DNA of 64,000 bases from Mustelus asterias (taxonomy: Eukaryota). The position numbers and the translations under genes are program-made. Below, piece by piece: positions 13,147 through 26,401 of the stretch; position 1 is the first letter of the stretch; every line of letters starts with the position of its first letter. Below the pieces are notes generated by a model. It was not told the DNA's origin. It worked only from the letters and a program-made list of their open reading frames with translations, and ran no database searches. The DNA lies in the NCBI RefSeq assembly GCF_964213995.1, contig NC_135810.1:100316001-100380000 (forward strand), given 5' to 3'.

Positions 13147-13879
13147 CAACAAAACTAGGAGATTAATAAGCAGCTCTGCCCCTTACACTTAAAAGGGCAC
13201 CATCTCCAGGAAGGAACCGTCTGGGGATTACAGCTTACACGTCGTCTTTCCTCAGCCAGATGTAAAAGTTTGCCAGCCTTTAAGAGAGACCAGCCTTTCC
13301 CCCCTTCCCGCAAGAGGCTGCCTGTCAGCCACAGCCGGCAAGCGGCCTTTCTCTCTGAATGATTAGCATGCGATTTAATTAGCAATTAGCGAGGTCAAAG
13401 AAGAGTCACTTTTATCCCCAAAAGCACAATGCTGTCTTATCAAAACATTTCTCTTGTTTCCCCCTCCTACCCCCTGGAACTAGCAAATGAGAGCACCGAT
13501 GTCATCAGACAGCTGAGTGCTGGGAATTAAAGGTCCCGTACATTTTATTAATTTATTTGGTTTTGGCTTGAGAGGCACGTCTGGTTAATTAGATAAGATA
13601 GTTTGATACAGCGGAATGGTAGCATGTTTAATAGGGAGAAGGTTCAGCTTTAGTGTTCCTGGCAGTCTGCTGCGTGCATTGGGAGCGTATGTTAGAAATT
13701 TGGAGACCCTCTCAGTTTGCAGACCCCCAAGTTGTGCATTAAAATGAGAAGTACAGAGAATCAAGCCTGCCCAAAATCCTGATCCATGCTCTGGACTAAA
13801 ATTCCTTCCACGATGCTCCAGCATAATGATGCCCTGAGGTGTAAAAGCAGAAGTAAACGGATCAAAAGGTGACAGGCTT

Positions 13880-14320
13880 TAGAAAAGCAAAAACACTGTG
13901 AATGCTGCATATCTGAAATGAGAAGAGAAAATGCGAGAGGAACTCAGCAGGTCTGACAGCACTTGTAGAGGGAGAAAAACAGAGTTAACTCTGTGAGAAC
14001 CCTGAAGAAGAGTCACATTGAACTCGAAGAATTAACTAAGGTTTTCTCTCTCCACAGATGCTGCCAGACCTGCTGGGCTTTTCCACCATTTTCTGTTTTT
14101 ATCTGTGACCCGGTTTTATCCGTGGTTTGTGCCAAGTTAGCCTATCTCACCTTGGCAGCAGTTGGGGTCCAACAACTAGTTCTTGGTTCTGAAGTAGTGA
14201 CACATTCAACTCAAAATTTTAACTCTGTTTCTCCCTCCACAGATGCTGCCAGATCTGCTGTGTATTTCCAACGCTTTCTCTATTTCAAATTTCCAGCATC
14301 TTACAATATTGTTTTCTTTT
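13880..14320. mobile_element. Penelope-like pseudo-LTR cluster: one inverted and two direct arms with decayed hammerhead cores
   Basis: Arms CTCCACAGATGCTGCCAGA at ~14050 and ~14236 and an inverted copy at ~13890-13990; CTGAAGA...GAA relic at ~14002-14030. Confidence 0.6.
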
Positions 14321-14989
14321 AATTAGCTGTACAAGAGAAGGGAGGGTGGGGGGGGGGGGGGGGGGTGGGGTGGGGGGGATCAATCAGTATTTCCAATCTG
14401 TTAGTACTAATGATAATCAATGGTTATAGGAGTATGTAGGGTCGTCAAATTAGATTTAGCTCCCTTCTGCGTTGTAAATATTTACAATTCTGAGCTGTAA
14501 AATCACTTGGATTGAACTCATGAATAAGGGAAACTTTGCCATCGCAGACAATCAATCGAATTGGAATGAGGATAGGGAGATAGGAATCTAGATAGCTGCT
14601 TAGTCTGCACTGAAAACTGATGAGTGAGGGATCAAATCTAATTTATTTTGCTTTAATTTAGCAATCAACTGAAACTACTCCTTAAGCTAAGAGAAGTTCA
14701 GTTTATTCCAGCCTTAAACAGGGATATACATGCTCTGAGAGAAGCTACAGTTAGTTAATTAGACAGCTCTCTTGAACTAGTTTTCAGAAGCTTGCATCAA
14801 TTGTTTTTCAGAGAGTGCTGCTGTCGAGCTGGGAGTTTGGTGTGTGCGGCGAGGGGAATGATCCTTTCTTCATCTACCTTTTTCAGCCTCCAGTAGTTGG
14901 CTCTTAACTCTGGTACAGAGGAAGAAGCTGACTGGTGAGCAACTGTTAATTATTCTACTTTAATTGTAACATGTAAGTTTTAAATTACA

Positions 14990-15450
14990 GTATGACAGGT
15001 CAGCTCAGCTGCGTGGAATGCACATCCTGCGCTATGTGGGAAGTCATGGACACACCAGGTGTCCTAGATAACAGGAGGTGACACTGACTGCAGAAGCTTG
15101 GACAGTGACTTTCAGAACTTAAGCGCCGGCTGCAGTCACTGTGGTGCATTTGTGACGCAGAGAACTAAGTGGATAGCATCGTTAGGCTAACCACACTACA
15201 GGTTAGGAAAGTGCAGTCAGAGAGGAAATAGGTGTCCGCCAGGCAGTCCGAGACAACCAAGCAGTTAGTGCAGGAGTTCCCTGAGTCAATCTTGCTTGCA
15301 AATCAGTTTTCCATTTTGGATGCTGGTGAGGGTGATGGTTCCTCAGGGGAGTGCTGCCAGAACCAAATCAGGGGGCTCAGCTAAACAGGAGGAGAGGAAA
15401 AGAGTGGAAGAGCAAAAGTGATCGGGGATTTGATAGTCATGGAATCAGAC
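14990..15450 (+). pseudogene. CR1 LINE ORF1 relic
   Basis: VECTSCAMWEV zinc-finger-like start and a VIGD esterase-like motif near 15418; multiple stops. Confidence 0.55.
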
Positions 15451-16050
15451 AAGTGTACAAAGCGACTGTTAATATTACCTCCACCGTGTGCAAATCTAGT
15501 TGCCACGTCACAAGCGATAATATTTGTACTATAAGTAAATAACCACAGCCAACAAAGGGCCATAGGCTGCTCTCTCCACTAATCAGGGAAACAAGTGGTC
15601 ATATAGGGCTTGAAGGGCTGCACGCTGTAAACATGGGCCAAGGTGGGGAAACAGGCCTTTACAAACCACCATAGCTGGTATGGGGATTGAACCCACACCA
15701 TTGACATCATTCTGCATCACATCATCTGGCCATCTGACCAACTGACCCTCCTACTACCCCCGACTGCAGTGGGTGCAGACAATTCCAAATTTAATTGGAA
15801 TAAATTATGAAGAAAGGTTACAAAATTCATGGTCTAATGCTCAGAAAAAGAAATTAGAAAGGGCTCTGATTTTGGTGTAAATAAACCCTCGATATTATTT
15901 CAAAGCCAACCAGGAATGTCGGACCAGAAGTGATACATTTAAATTATGAAAAAGTAAATCTAAAACTGATGTAATGGCAAAATGTTACTTTCTCAAACTC
16001 TGCCAGCATGGTAGGGATGTAAGCATGTTCGAAATGCATTTGGACATCAT

Positions 16051-16306
16051 GGGTTGAATTTTACCGGCATGTCCGCCTGAGGTTCATACGACTCCACCCA
16101 AGGCCAACGGAGAATGCTGTTTTCCGAGCCTCACCCGCCCCCGGAATCGGGCTGGGCCTGCCGGTAAAATTCCGGCCTATGGGTGGGATTTTCCGGCTGC
16201 GCTCACCCCAAGACTGGAAAATCCCACCAGAGGTTAACGAATCTTTGCATAGTCTGTCCCAGCCTGCTATGATTCCCGTGGCAAGTGGGACGGGAAAATT
16301 CCACCC
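16051..16306. mobile_element. Two tandem ~127-bp TIR MITEs (Harbinger-like)
   Basis: CAT-GGGTTGAATTTT...AAAATTCCGGCC-TAT-GGGTGGGATTTT...AAAATTCCACCC-CAT. Confidence 0.72.
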
Positions 16307-17654
16307 CATGAGCGAGATTTTAACTCTTACAAAAGAATTAAAATTGGGCTCTACAACAACTGTGTTATTATACTGGAGCAACAAGCTTCAATGGACCAAT
16401 GGCCTTTTTTCATTTTACTTTTCCAATTATCTTACTTACTGTTGGATATATTTTTTTATATAAAGTGCCCTTCCTTGATAAAGAACAAAACAAATGCAAT
16501 GAAAGTTGACCGAGGCCTCGATGAAATAATGACAATGCCTTCAATCTTTTTTTTATTAAAAAGTCAAGTCTGAGAGAAACTGAACCGATTCTGCAGCTTG
16601 TCTCTTGCTGCTGTTGGTCAGATGTTTGAATTGTCTTTTATTTACCGGAGTGAACATTAAGGTCATGGGAAATTATCCAGCTCAATGCCAAAGGCAATTT
16701 CCTGGAGTTAAGACACTAGGACTGCTACCTCCCCCTCAAGATTCTTCAGCAGAGCTGACGGGCGACATGCTGGATTTCACAGAGTGGAAACCAGCCAACG
16801 CGAGGCAGATTAGTCAGTCCAAAACCATAAATGGGAAAGTTATTTGTAAATTACTCTGCTGGCAAGCTACGGCTTTTCTGAACCCAACCACCATGTAAAC
16901 AATGAGGTCCTACAGCTACAACTCCAGCGCTCACTAGATAAAATGCCGCTGAGTGTGTTGAACTGTGTTCAATGTGCTGGTGCGCACAGAACACCAACAC
17001 TCCCAGTGACTGGATAATTGACGTCCCACGATCCATCATCCATTTATCAAGGCTAAACACTAGAGAGAAGTCAATACAAAGTGTTTGCTGATTTAAAAAA
17101 CTCACATTAGCAAAATACCGCAATAAATTAAATCACCAGGACTGCCTAAATTATGATACCCTGAACAGAGAGAAACGGGTGGGGAAATATAATCTGTTGT
17201 GTGGATGAATACTCAGCACATTCATCTTTGCGAATTTAAATATGCAGGTCTCAAACCATTCCTTTCCACAGTGCACTGTGCAGTCTTTGGTGAATATTGA
17301 TGGTTGTTAATTCTTCTTCCTGTTAGTGCCTATTCCATAATTTTGTTTTCAGGAGCGTGCTCAGAAGCGTGAGTAATGTTGGTGCCAATTTGACGCACAT
17401 TTTGAGCTTGAATGAAGCAAAAGGGAAGCGATCTAGTTTATTCCACATTTCGATACACACGCGAACTTGCTCTGAGGAGCCCTGTTTGGCTTTTATGTTG
17501 AGAATACAGATAGATGCAAGCACATCTGTTAAAGCCAGCACGGAAATGCTGATAACAAAGCGGCCTGTCTAATATAATTTAAAAGCTTTCACTGTCCATT
17601 TTTGCTCCAATTAAGCTGTTAAATGACAGAGATCTGGAAAGTCGATCCTATGAA

Positions 17655-18078
17655 ACAGAAACATAGAAACTAGGAGCAGGAATAGGTCATTTCGCCCTTT
17701 GAGTCTGATCCGCCATTCATTTTGATCATAGTTGAACATTGAGTTCAAAATCCTGATCCTCCCTTCCTCCTATATCCCTGATCTCTTTAGCCCCAGGAGC
17801 TATATCTAAGTTCTTCTTGAAATCAGACAATGTTTTGGCCTCAACTGCTTTCTGTGGTAGTGAATTCCACACATTCACCACCCTCTGAGTGAAGAAATTT
17901 CTCCTCACCTCAGTTCTTAAAGGTTTACCCCTCATCCTCAAACTATGACCCCCAGTTCTGAACTCCCCCACCATTGGGAACATTCTTTCTGAATCTACCC
18001 TGTCTAATTCTAAATTCTGTAAGTTTCTGTGAGATTCCCTCTCACTCTTCTAAACTCCAATGAATACAATCCTAACTA
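17655..18078 (-). mobile_element. CR1-like LINE 3' fragment
   Basis: ORF 17726..17983: GHSLRMRGKPLRTEVRRNFFTQRVVNVWNSLP; TTTCTATG tail. Confidence 0.85.
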
Positions 18079-18202
18079 TGCTGCCAATGCACTGCGGGTT
18101 TAGCATGCGCTCGAACTGTGGTGCCTGAGGGTCAATGGAAATTGGCCCTCAGGCCTCATCAATATACATGGTGCGAGTTGCCAGAGTCCCCAGTGCAAAG
18201 TC

Positions 18203-19385
18203 AAAGAGAACAAAGAACAGTACATTACAGGAACAGACCCTTCGGCCCACCAAGTCTGTGCCGACACAGATGGCTCTCTAATCTAACATTTTCTTTCCTC
18301 TACATGGTCCATATCCCTCTATTCCCTGCCTATTCACGGGCATTCAGCGGTCATGGGCATTCGGCCTCTGATATTCGTGTAAGCGTTCTCCAAGGTGGCC
18401 TTCACGACACACGACGGCGAAGAGTCACTGAGCAGAAACTGATAGCCAAGTTCCCCACACATGAGGAAGGCCTCAACCGGGATATTGGGTTCATGTCACA
18501 CTATCTGTAACCCCCACAGCCTGCCTGGACCTGCAGAATTTCACTGGCTGTCCTGTCTGGAGACAATACACATCTCTCTAACCTGTCTTAATGCTCTCTC
18601 CACTCACATTGTTTGTACTTTTAAGACTTGATTAGCTGTAAGTATTCGCATTCCAACCATTATTCTGTAAATTGAGTTTGTGTCTTTATATGCCCTGTTT
18701 GTGAACAGAATTCCCACTCACCTGAAGAAGGAGCTTAAGGCTCCAAAAGCTTTTGGCTTTTGCTACCAAATAAACCTGTTGGACTTTAACCTGGTGTTGT
18801 TAAACTTCTTACTGTATTAAATTCCATCTGCCATCTTTCAGCCCGGGTCTCCAGCCAATTTATATCCTGCTGTATCTCTGACAATCTGCTACTCCCCTAA
18901 TTTTTGTATCTGCAAATTTACTAATCAGACCACTACATTTTCCTTCAAATCATTTATATATATTACAAACAACAGAAGCCCCAACACTGATCCTTGTGGA
19001 ACACTGCTTGTCACAGACCTCCAGTTAGAAAATTACCCTTCCACCGCTACTCCCAGCTTTCTACGCCCAAGCCAGTTTTGTGTCCATCTTACCAGCTCAC
19101 CTTGGATCCCATATGACTTCACCTTCTGCCTGCCAGGGGAACCTTATCGAAGGCTTCACTAAAGTCCATGTATACAACATCCACTGCCCTTCCCTGGTCA
19201 ATTTTTTTTGTCACTTCCTCAAAGAACTCAATCAAGTTTGTGAGACACGACCTCCCCTTCTCAAAACCATGTTGCCTATTGCTAATAAGCCTATTCTCTT
19301 CCAGATGTGAGTACATTCTGTCCCTAAGAATCTTCTCCAATAATTGTCCCACCACTGATGTAGGGCTCACAGGGCTGTAACTTTC
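18203..19385 (-). mobile_element. CR1-like LINE fragment (RT) interrupted by a PLE
   Basis: [32 protein letters not shown]; 3' tail at ~18203-18335. Confidence 0.85.
18338..18794 (+). mobile_element. Penelope-like element 3' end (GIY-YIG C-terminus plus pLTR with mutated hammerhead)
   Basis: VLQGGLHDTRRRRVTEQKLIAKF..EGLNRDIGFMSHYL*; CTGAAGA-GGAGC/GCTCC-AAAA at 18722-18748. Confidence 0.85.
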
Positions 19386-19569
19386 TGGAGGAAATTACAT
19401 TTCATTAATGTCAGGCCACCTGTGAAATGTTGCGCCCATTTTACACTCAAAGGAAAGGCATGATGCATTCCAATTTCTACCCCTGTATATTCCATTTTAC
19501 ACTGTGACTGTAGGACGAGTAACACAGACCAAGTTCAGCTTTCTTGGAGCTGTCACTGGTCTCTGTGCA

Positions 19570-19895
19570 TGGGACGGCATGGTGGCACAGTGGTTAGCAC
19601 TGTTGCCTCACAGCGCCAGAGACCTGGATTCAATTCCAGCCTTGGATCACTGTCTGTGTGGAGTTTGTACTTCCTCCCTGTGTCTGGGTGGGTTCTCTCC
19701 AGGTGCTCCAGTTCCTCCCACAGTCCAAAAAGGTGCAGGACAGGTGGATTGGCCATGCTAAATTGCCCCTTTGTGTTAGGGTTAACATGTGGGCTTAGGA
19801 TAGGACCTGGGTGGGATTGTGATCGGTGCAGACTCGATGGGCCGAATGGCCTCCTTCTGCACTGCAGGGATTTTATGATTTCTATGATTCTATAG
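19570..19895 (+). mobile_element. V-SINE subtype A
   Basis: Head, core and TTCTATGA tail. Confidence 0.9.
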
Positions 19896-20539
19896 ATTCT
19901 TGCTTGAAGAATGGTGACAGAGGCGTGGCACAGAAAGGAAACTGCATCAATAGAGTCATAGCATGTCAGCAGTCATGGCAGAGGAGAAAATATTGGCCAA
20001 AGAACAAACCCAATGTGAACTTTTCAGTCAGCTCCTCAGAACAATCTACTGTGCGTGCTATTTATTCTGAGCATTGAAAAGCAGGAAACTAGACTGTACT
20101 CAATAACCTTTTGTCAAGAAGAGGAAAGCAGGCTGTCTGTGTTTGCTGACATCTCTATTAAAGCTATTATTCCACATTCAGAATCCTGCAAAGTCAGAGA
20201 CAATTTTTACAGTGATTCTGTTAAACTACTGTACTACTATTGATAGCCACAATCCCCTATTCAGGACCTGTAATTCTCCTGTGATGGCTCTTCACTTTGT
20301 GGTTATATCCAAACAAGACTGCTGTGTAACTAAACATATGATTGACAAATAACATTTCCTAGAGGAGTTTGTGGATTCGAATCTGTTGAGGCTTGCAGGT
20401 GAGATTCATTCTACCTCCTTCGCAGTGTCAGTCACATTTGCAAATCCCCTCCATTTGCTGATTGTAACAATATTTAAGCCTCCAGCTCTTTCACTTTCAA
20501 GGATGGCAATGGGCAGGAGCCAATTCAGGATCGCAAGTG

Positions 20540-21112
20540 TGATTTGATTTGATTTATTATTGTCACATGTATTAGCAAACAGTAAAAAGTATTGTTTCTT
20601 GCGCACTATACCAACAAAGCATACTGTACATAGAGAAGGAAATGAGAGAGTACAGAATGTAGTGTTACAGTTATAGCTAGGGTGTAGAGAAAGCTCAACT
20701 TAATATGAGGTGGGTCCATTCAAAAGTCTGACAGTAGCAGGGAAGAAGCTGTTCTTGAGTCAGTTGGTACGTGATCTCAGACTTTTCTATCTTTTTCCCG
20801 ACGGAAGAAGGTGGAAGAGAGAATGTCCGGGGTGCGTGGGGTCCTTGATTATGCTGGCTGCTTTTCCAAGGCAGTGGCAAGATTAGATTGAGTCAATGGA
20901 TGGGAGGCTGGTTTGCGTAATGGACTGGGCTTTGTTCATGACCCTTTGTAGTTTCTTCAGTCTTGGACAGAGCAGGAGCCATACCAAGCTGTGATACAAC
21001 CAGAAACGATGTTTTCTATGGTGCATCTGTAAAAGTTGGTGAGAGTCGTAGCAGACATGCCAAATTTCCTTAGCCTCCTGAGAAAGTAGAGGCGTTGGTG
21101 GGCTTTCTTAAC
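20540..21112 (-). mobile_element. Rex1/Babar-like LINE 3' fragment
   Basis: Same family as 8452-8928 and 36476-37023; (TCAAA)n tail. Confidence 0.8.
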
Positions 21113-21654
21113 TTTCGGAGTGAGGCTTGATCAGGATTTTGGGTCGGCGCACTGACATTGGAGCCAAATGCGGGTTCAGACCCTGTGCTGTATTCGGGAG
21201 CAACAACCCGACCTTGTCTGGATTGCCCATTTAGAGGTTGGAGCTCACCATGCAATTAAGGATGGTGGGCAGGCTCTTGAAACTGGAGGCCCCTTCAGCA
21301 GGGAAGCAACTGCAGCCTGCAAGTAATGGAGATAGAGGGAGATAGCGCCTCCGTTTGGAGACAGCCTCAACAGTTTTAAAACATTTGAAACAAGCTGCCT
21401 CCAGGGAGCCAGTGCACTCCCAGCGCCACTGGGTGCCCAACAGGAAAATTCCACTCAGCTTCAGATTATTGTTATTAATTGGCTTTTTAATCATCCTGAC
21501 TAGTTTGCAGGCAGGTAGTTGGTTCTGCACTCCCCCCCACCCCCACAACCTAACCTGCACATCTTTGGACTGTGGGAGGAAACTAGAGCACCCGGAGGAA
21601 ACCCACGCAGACACGGGGAGAATGTGCGGAACACACAGAGGAGCTATTGTCCAT

Positions 21655-21845
21655 CAATCTTTTGTTTATTCAAAGAAGGTGCAATATCTGAACATATTCT
21701 ATTTGCCAGAAAAGGACAAGATCCTCCATCTGAACATACGTAGCTCCCAGCAAAAATAAGTGAGTGGCATTGCAAGCCTGACTGATAATTCTTAGCACAC
21801 TCGTGATTGTTCAAAAGGTGCTGCTGAATAACGGAATCCAATCTA
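21655..21845 (-). mobile_element. Penelope-like GIY-YIG endonuclease C-terminal relic (second PLE family)
   Basis: DSVIQQHLLNNHECAKNY followed, after frameshifts, by LEATY..PVL..RQ-like motifs. Confidence 0.55.
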
Positions 21846-21996
21846 ATATTAAGACACTTGAGCTTTGCGAGTGTGTGCTGGGTTGTGTACAGTCAATACT
21901 CTGCCTATTGGGAACAGCCGAAGAGATGTGCTATTTTATACGTCAGTCGTTGGGATATATGGTTCTTGTACCTGGCATCGCTTCGACATTGAAATT

Positions 21997-22555
21997 CATA
22001 AGACCATAAGACATAGGAGCAGAATTAGACCACTCGGCCCATCGAGTCTGCTCCACCATTCAATCATGGCTGATATTTTTCTCATCCCCATTCTCCTGCC
22101 TTTTCCCCATAACCTCTAATCCCTTTATTAATCAAGAACCTATCTCAATAGGTTGACACTCAATGACCTGGCTTCCACAGCCTTCTGCGGCAAAGAATTC
22201 CACAGATTCAACACTCTCTGGCTGAAGAAATTGCTCCTCATCTCTGTTTTAAAGGATCATCCCTTTACTCTTTTGGGCCCTCTGGTTCTAGTTTTTCTTA
22301 CCAATGGAAACACCCTCTCCACATCCTCTCTATCCAGGCCTCGCAGTATCCTGTAAGTTTCAATAAGATCCCCCCTCATCCTTCTAAACTCCAACTAGCA
22401 CAGACCCAGAGTCCTCAGGCGTTTCTCATACGACAAGCTCTTCATTCCCGGGATCATTCTTGTGAACCTCCTCTGGACCCTTTCCAAGGCCTGCACATCC
22501 TTCCTTAGATACGGGGCCCAAAACTGCTCACAATACTCCAAATGGGTCTGACCAG
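21997..22555 (-). mobile_element. CR1-like LINE 3' fragment
   Basis: Minus strand LEYCEQFWAPYLRKDV..LERVQRRFTRMIPG; tail ...TCTTATGGTCTTATG. Confidence 0.85.
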
Positions 22556-24415
22556 ATATCATATAGCAAAGTACTCATTTGTGTTGTTACAGAATACTGT
22601 TTTGTCTTGGCCTGGCCTGGACTTGTATGCTAACTGTGTCAGGGATACATGAGGCAGGGAAATAGAGACAGGATCTGGTTAACCCAATCTCTGCAGTGAA
22701 GATGCTTCCACATGGGGTTTTGTTTGGGTCTGGGTGAGTGGTAGTTGTGTCTAGTTCCTTGTGGTCTGACATACCAACAGCATGTGGGACAGACGGGAAT
22801 AGTGTCATCCATCAGTATTCTGACTGCTCCTGATTCCTGTGCTTTGAACACGCTGAGCGCTGGCATGATACCAACAGCATGTAAAGCGAAGCAGTCCAAG
22901 AGGAGCCTTTCTAGACACAGGTCATTGCTCCTCTTGAAAATATCTGACCTGTACTGGATTCTCTGTGCCCCTGAGCTGCTTAGCAGGCCACTGGTACTGA
23001 TGTGAGCATCCAGCACCAACATCTAAAATGCTGGTGGAGCAAGATGATTAATTTTCAGCTCCACTGAGTTTTGTTGCTGTAGTTTCTTCGAAATGAAAGG
23101 CAAGTTGTGAATTCTAGTTGAAGTAATTGTCAAAACATTTGAAAAGAATCAAGTGTACTCAGAACCTTGACTTGTAAAATAATTACGTATAACACACTTG
23201 TAGAAAAACAGTAAGGAAACATCTGTTGCACTGTAATAAATTCATCAGCTGGAATGGATTGGTATGCAGTGAGGCCACAAAGAGATAATTAGTTCCTATT
23301 TGGGACAACTTACTGTCTAGACCAGTGCTTGCTTTAAAGCGTTCAGTCAACAACAGTTCAGGACAATTTTTTCCAGGATCTAACCTGATTGCCTTAACAA
23401 AAAACTGTTCTATTCAGTCAGCAGTACATCAAACAGCTGAATGTCAAATCCTTCCCATTCTTCAGTGTCTGGTAGACCCCCTAGTGCAAGCAATGTTCTC
23501 TCATGTCTAGAACACTGCTCATTGTATATCACAGTTACTTCTGCTGCATTGGCATTGTCCAAAGTAGCCTCTGTTTTAAAGACAAGGGCGTACCTTATAA
23601 ACAAGGTGCTTGCTTACACCCTGTGTGGGAGCATCAACTTGTCAGCAGCCCATAAAGAAAATATCTCATTCAGCACAACACAAGTTGCCATTTTGTTTCA
23701 ACTGTACGCAAAGATCATAGTCAGAGGCAATGTGTTTTTCTCCCTTTAACACAGGGGAGCTTCCACGCCAGAAACTTGTAGGTCTGATTTTTTTTTAATA
23801 AAGGCACATGTGTGATTTGACAGCCAGTGCTCTGCTTTCTGTTCCATAACATAAATGTGAATCAAGTTTGGCAGTGTGGAACCAGCAATATAAACATGGC
23901 ACGTGGATAGATCACTCACACCATTCACAATCTGCACAGTCCCATCACTGATGTGTAGCCCATCCGCTCAAGGATTGTAGCGCTGCAGAAGTTTGGGTTG
24001 TTGCTATGAATGTTGCAGACTTGTTCAGGGTTCATTGGTCTTCCTTTGTGTATACGATAGGTACAGCATCTAAAAACACGCTTGTTTTTATTCATTGAAT
24101 GCCTGCTCCACCATTCAATAAGATCATGGCTGATCTTTTCCACTGAGCGAAAGGGGGGACTCCCTGCAACCTTAATGCATTTATTACTTTGGCAGGTACA
24201 GGTTGAGGAAGTGCAGTTTGCTTTCAGAATGCCCGACCCTCACAGCTAATCATTTAACAGGGAAGCGATTGTATAAACACTGGAACAGGAATAGTTGTTT
24301 GATCGTATAGAGTTTGAGTATTGCTGAAAAAAAGGGAAGTTTGCCAACTGCTGAGCACTCTCTTCTCATACAATATAAATTGTTGTTTGCTGCTTATATT
24401 GGTATCCTTGCAATG

Positions 24416-24449
24416 TGTCCTGGTGAGTGCAAGACAAAAAGCTTCGACA
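24416..24449 (+). ncRNA. Decayed minimal hammerhead ribozyme (PLE-type)
   Basis: TGTC-CTGGTGA-GT(GCAAG)AC-AAAAAGCTT-C-GACA; stem I TGTC/GACA; two core substitutions. Confidence 0.5.
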
Positions 24450-24972
24450 TGTCAATTTTTTTAGCACTAGAGGAATAGTTCATTCATCCCCCTCAGGTCA
24501 GCATTCAGTTAGATCATGAATGATATGTATTTTATCTCCAGCTACCCAGCCTGATTTCATAATCGTTAATACATTTATTCAACCAAAACCTGCCAGTCCC
24601 AGTCTTGAAATTTCCAACGGAATTCACTTTAGCAGCATTGATTGTTTGCAGTGCATCAGCAGAGTTATCAAAGATAGCACTGGATAGCTTCTAGTTTGAT
24701 TATTATTGGTCTTAATATTAAAACAAATTTTAATCAACCTGCAAAAGGCCATTATCTCTCAATTAGACTACCTCCAATCTTCTCATCCTAACTCAATACC
24801 AATTTGAAATGACATTTAAACAATTTCTAAAACATTATTGGACTGAAACCTCGGTTTCTCATGGAGGCTGGGCTTTAATTTTGTGTTTTTCTTAATTTTG
24901 AGTATTGATTGCGATTTAGTATGGAAGTGGCAAAACATTTTGTAAATATTCCTTCAAACCCTTGGCTCAGGA

Positions 24973-25606
24973 GGGTGGCACGGTGGCACCGTGGTTAGCA
25001 CTGCTGCCTCACAGTGCCAGGGGAACCCGGGTTCAATTCCAGCCTCAGGTCACTGTCTGTGTGGAGTTTCCACATTCTCCCCATGTCTGCGTGGGTTTCT
25101 TCTGGGTGCTCTGATTTCCTCCCACACTCCAAAACTCATGCTGGCTAGGTGCATTGGCCATGGTAAATTGCTCCTTAATGCCCCAAGATGTGTAGGTTAT
25201 TATTAATTAATTTATTTATTTATTAGTATCACAAGTAGGCTTACATTAACACTGCAATGAAGCCACTATGAAAATCCCCTAGTCGCCACACTCCAGCGCC
25301 TGTTCGGGTACACTGAGGGAGGATTTAGCATGGCCAATGCACTTAACTAGGACTGTGGGAGGAAACCAGAGCACCCGGTGTAAGCCCACGCAGACACGGG
25401 GGGAACGTGCAGACTCTGCACCGACAGTGACCCAAGCCGGAAATCGAACACAGGACCCTGGCGCTGTAAGGCCACCCCATGGCGGATGGATTAGCCATGG
25501 GATGGGACAGGGTGGTGGGTAAGATATTCTGTCAGAGAGTCAGTGCAAACTCAATGGGCTCAATGGCCTCCTTCTGCACTGTAGAGATTTGATTCTATTC
25601 TATGAT
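24973..25606 (+). mobile_element. V-SINE subtype A interrupted by an inverted subtype B copy
   Basis: Head and core to ~25200; tail resumes ~25485 to TTCTATG. Confidence 0.82.
25212..25472 (-). mobile_element. Nested V-SINE subtype B
   Basis: B tail and core on minus strand, 5'-truncated. Confidence 0.85.
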
Positions 25607-26401
25607 TGCATTGTATTGCAGCTTAACTATTATTGCTGATTATTTCCATGCCACTCCCTGATATCTTCATCCACAACCCTATCTGATTTATTTCCTGACT
25701 TCCCAGTTTATAACTTGCATCCTTTTTTTGGACCAGATACCATAAGCGACTGATTGCTTGGATCAACTTTGCCGACCGACTTCACTATTTGTTCTTGGCA
25801 ATCGTGAAACTCTTCTGCCTGCTGAGAAAATCCCATCCATTAAACTTGTTTCCAGCACCATGAGTTTTATTTAGGCACAGATTAAACTGAGTAAAGCTTG
25901 AAATCCCAGCAAGACAATAGATCGGCAGAGGTGGCATGCCTATGTGGCATGCCTATGCCAGGTGTGCCTGAAACCAAAGTACAATTATCAACTCAAAGTA
26001 GGATCCCAACACAATTTGGCAATTGGCATCGATGTGTATGAAGACACAACTTAATGTAGCTGAGACCCATTTAAACAGAACTCTGTGGTTTCTGTGTTCT
26101 ACATTTGCACAGCATCAGAAGGATGAGTTATTGTTTATATCAGCAAACAAGGACAAGATAAGAAAAGGTCAATATTGCTACATTATCTAATGACTGTACT
26201 CTTTTAATTTTATGATGTTAAATACAACCCGAATTATTAATATAAATCCATGCTTTTATGTCGCAGTACCATCAGCTTGGATGTCCTTGCTTTTTAAACA
26301 TTAATGTCGATGCCTAATGAATCATGAGAAAGATTGTCAACTTTGAAAAGTAATTAAACTTATGGCGGCATCTGAATTGACGACTAAGCTGACTTTGCTT
26401 T

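Noticed and set aside
22587-23022. Overlapping ORFs in unique-looking sequence as a possible host exon
   Set aside because: No recognisable protein motif or convincing splice structure; cannot be supported without a search.
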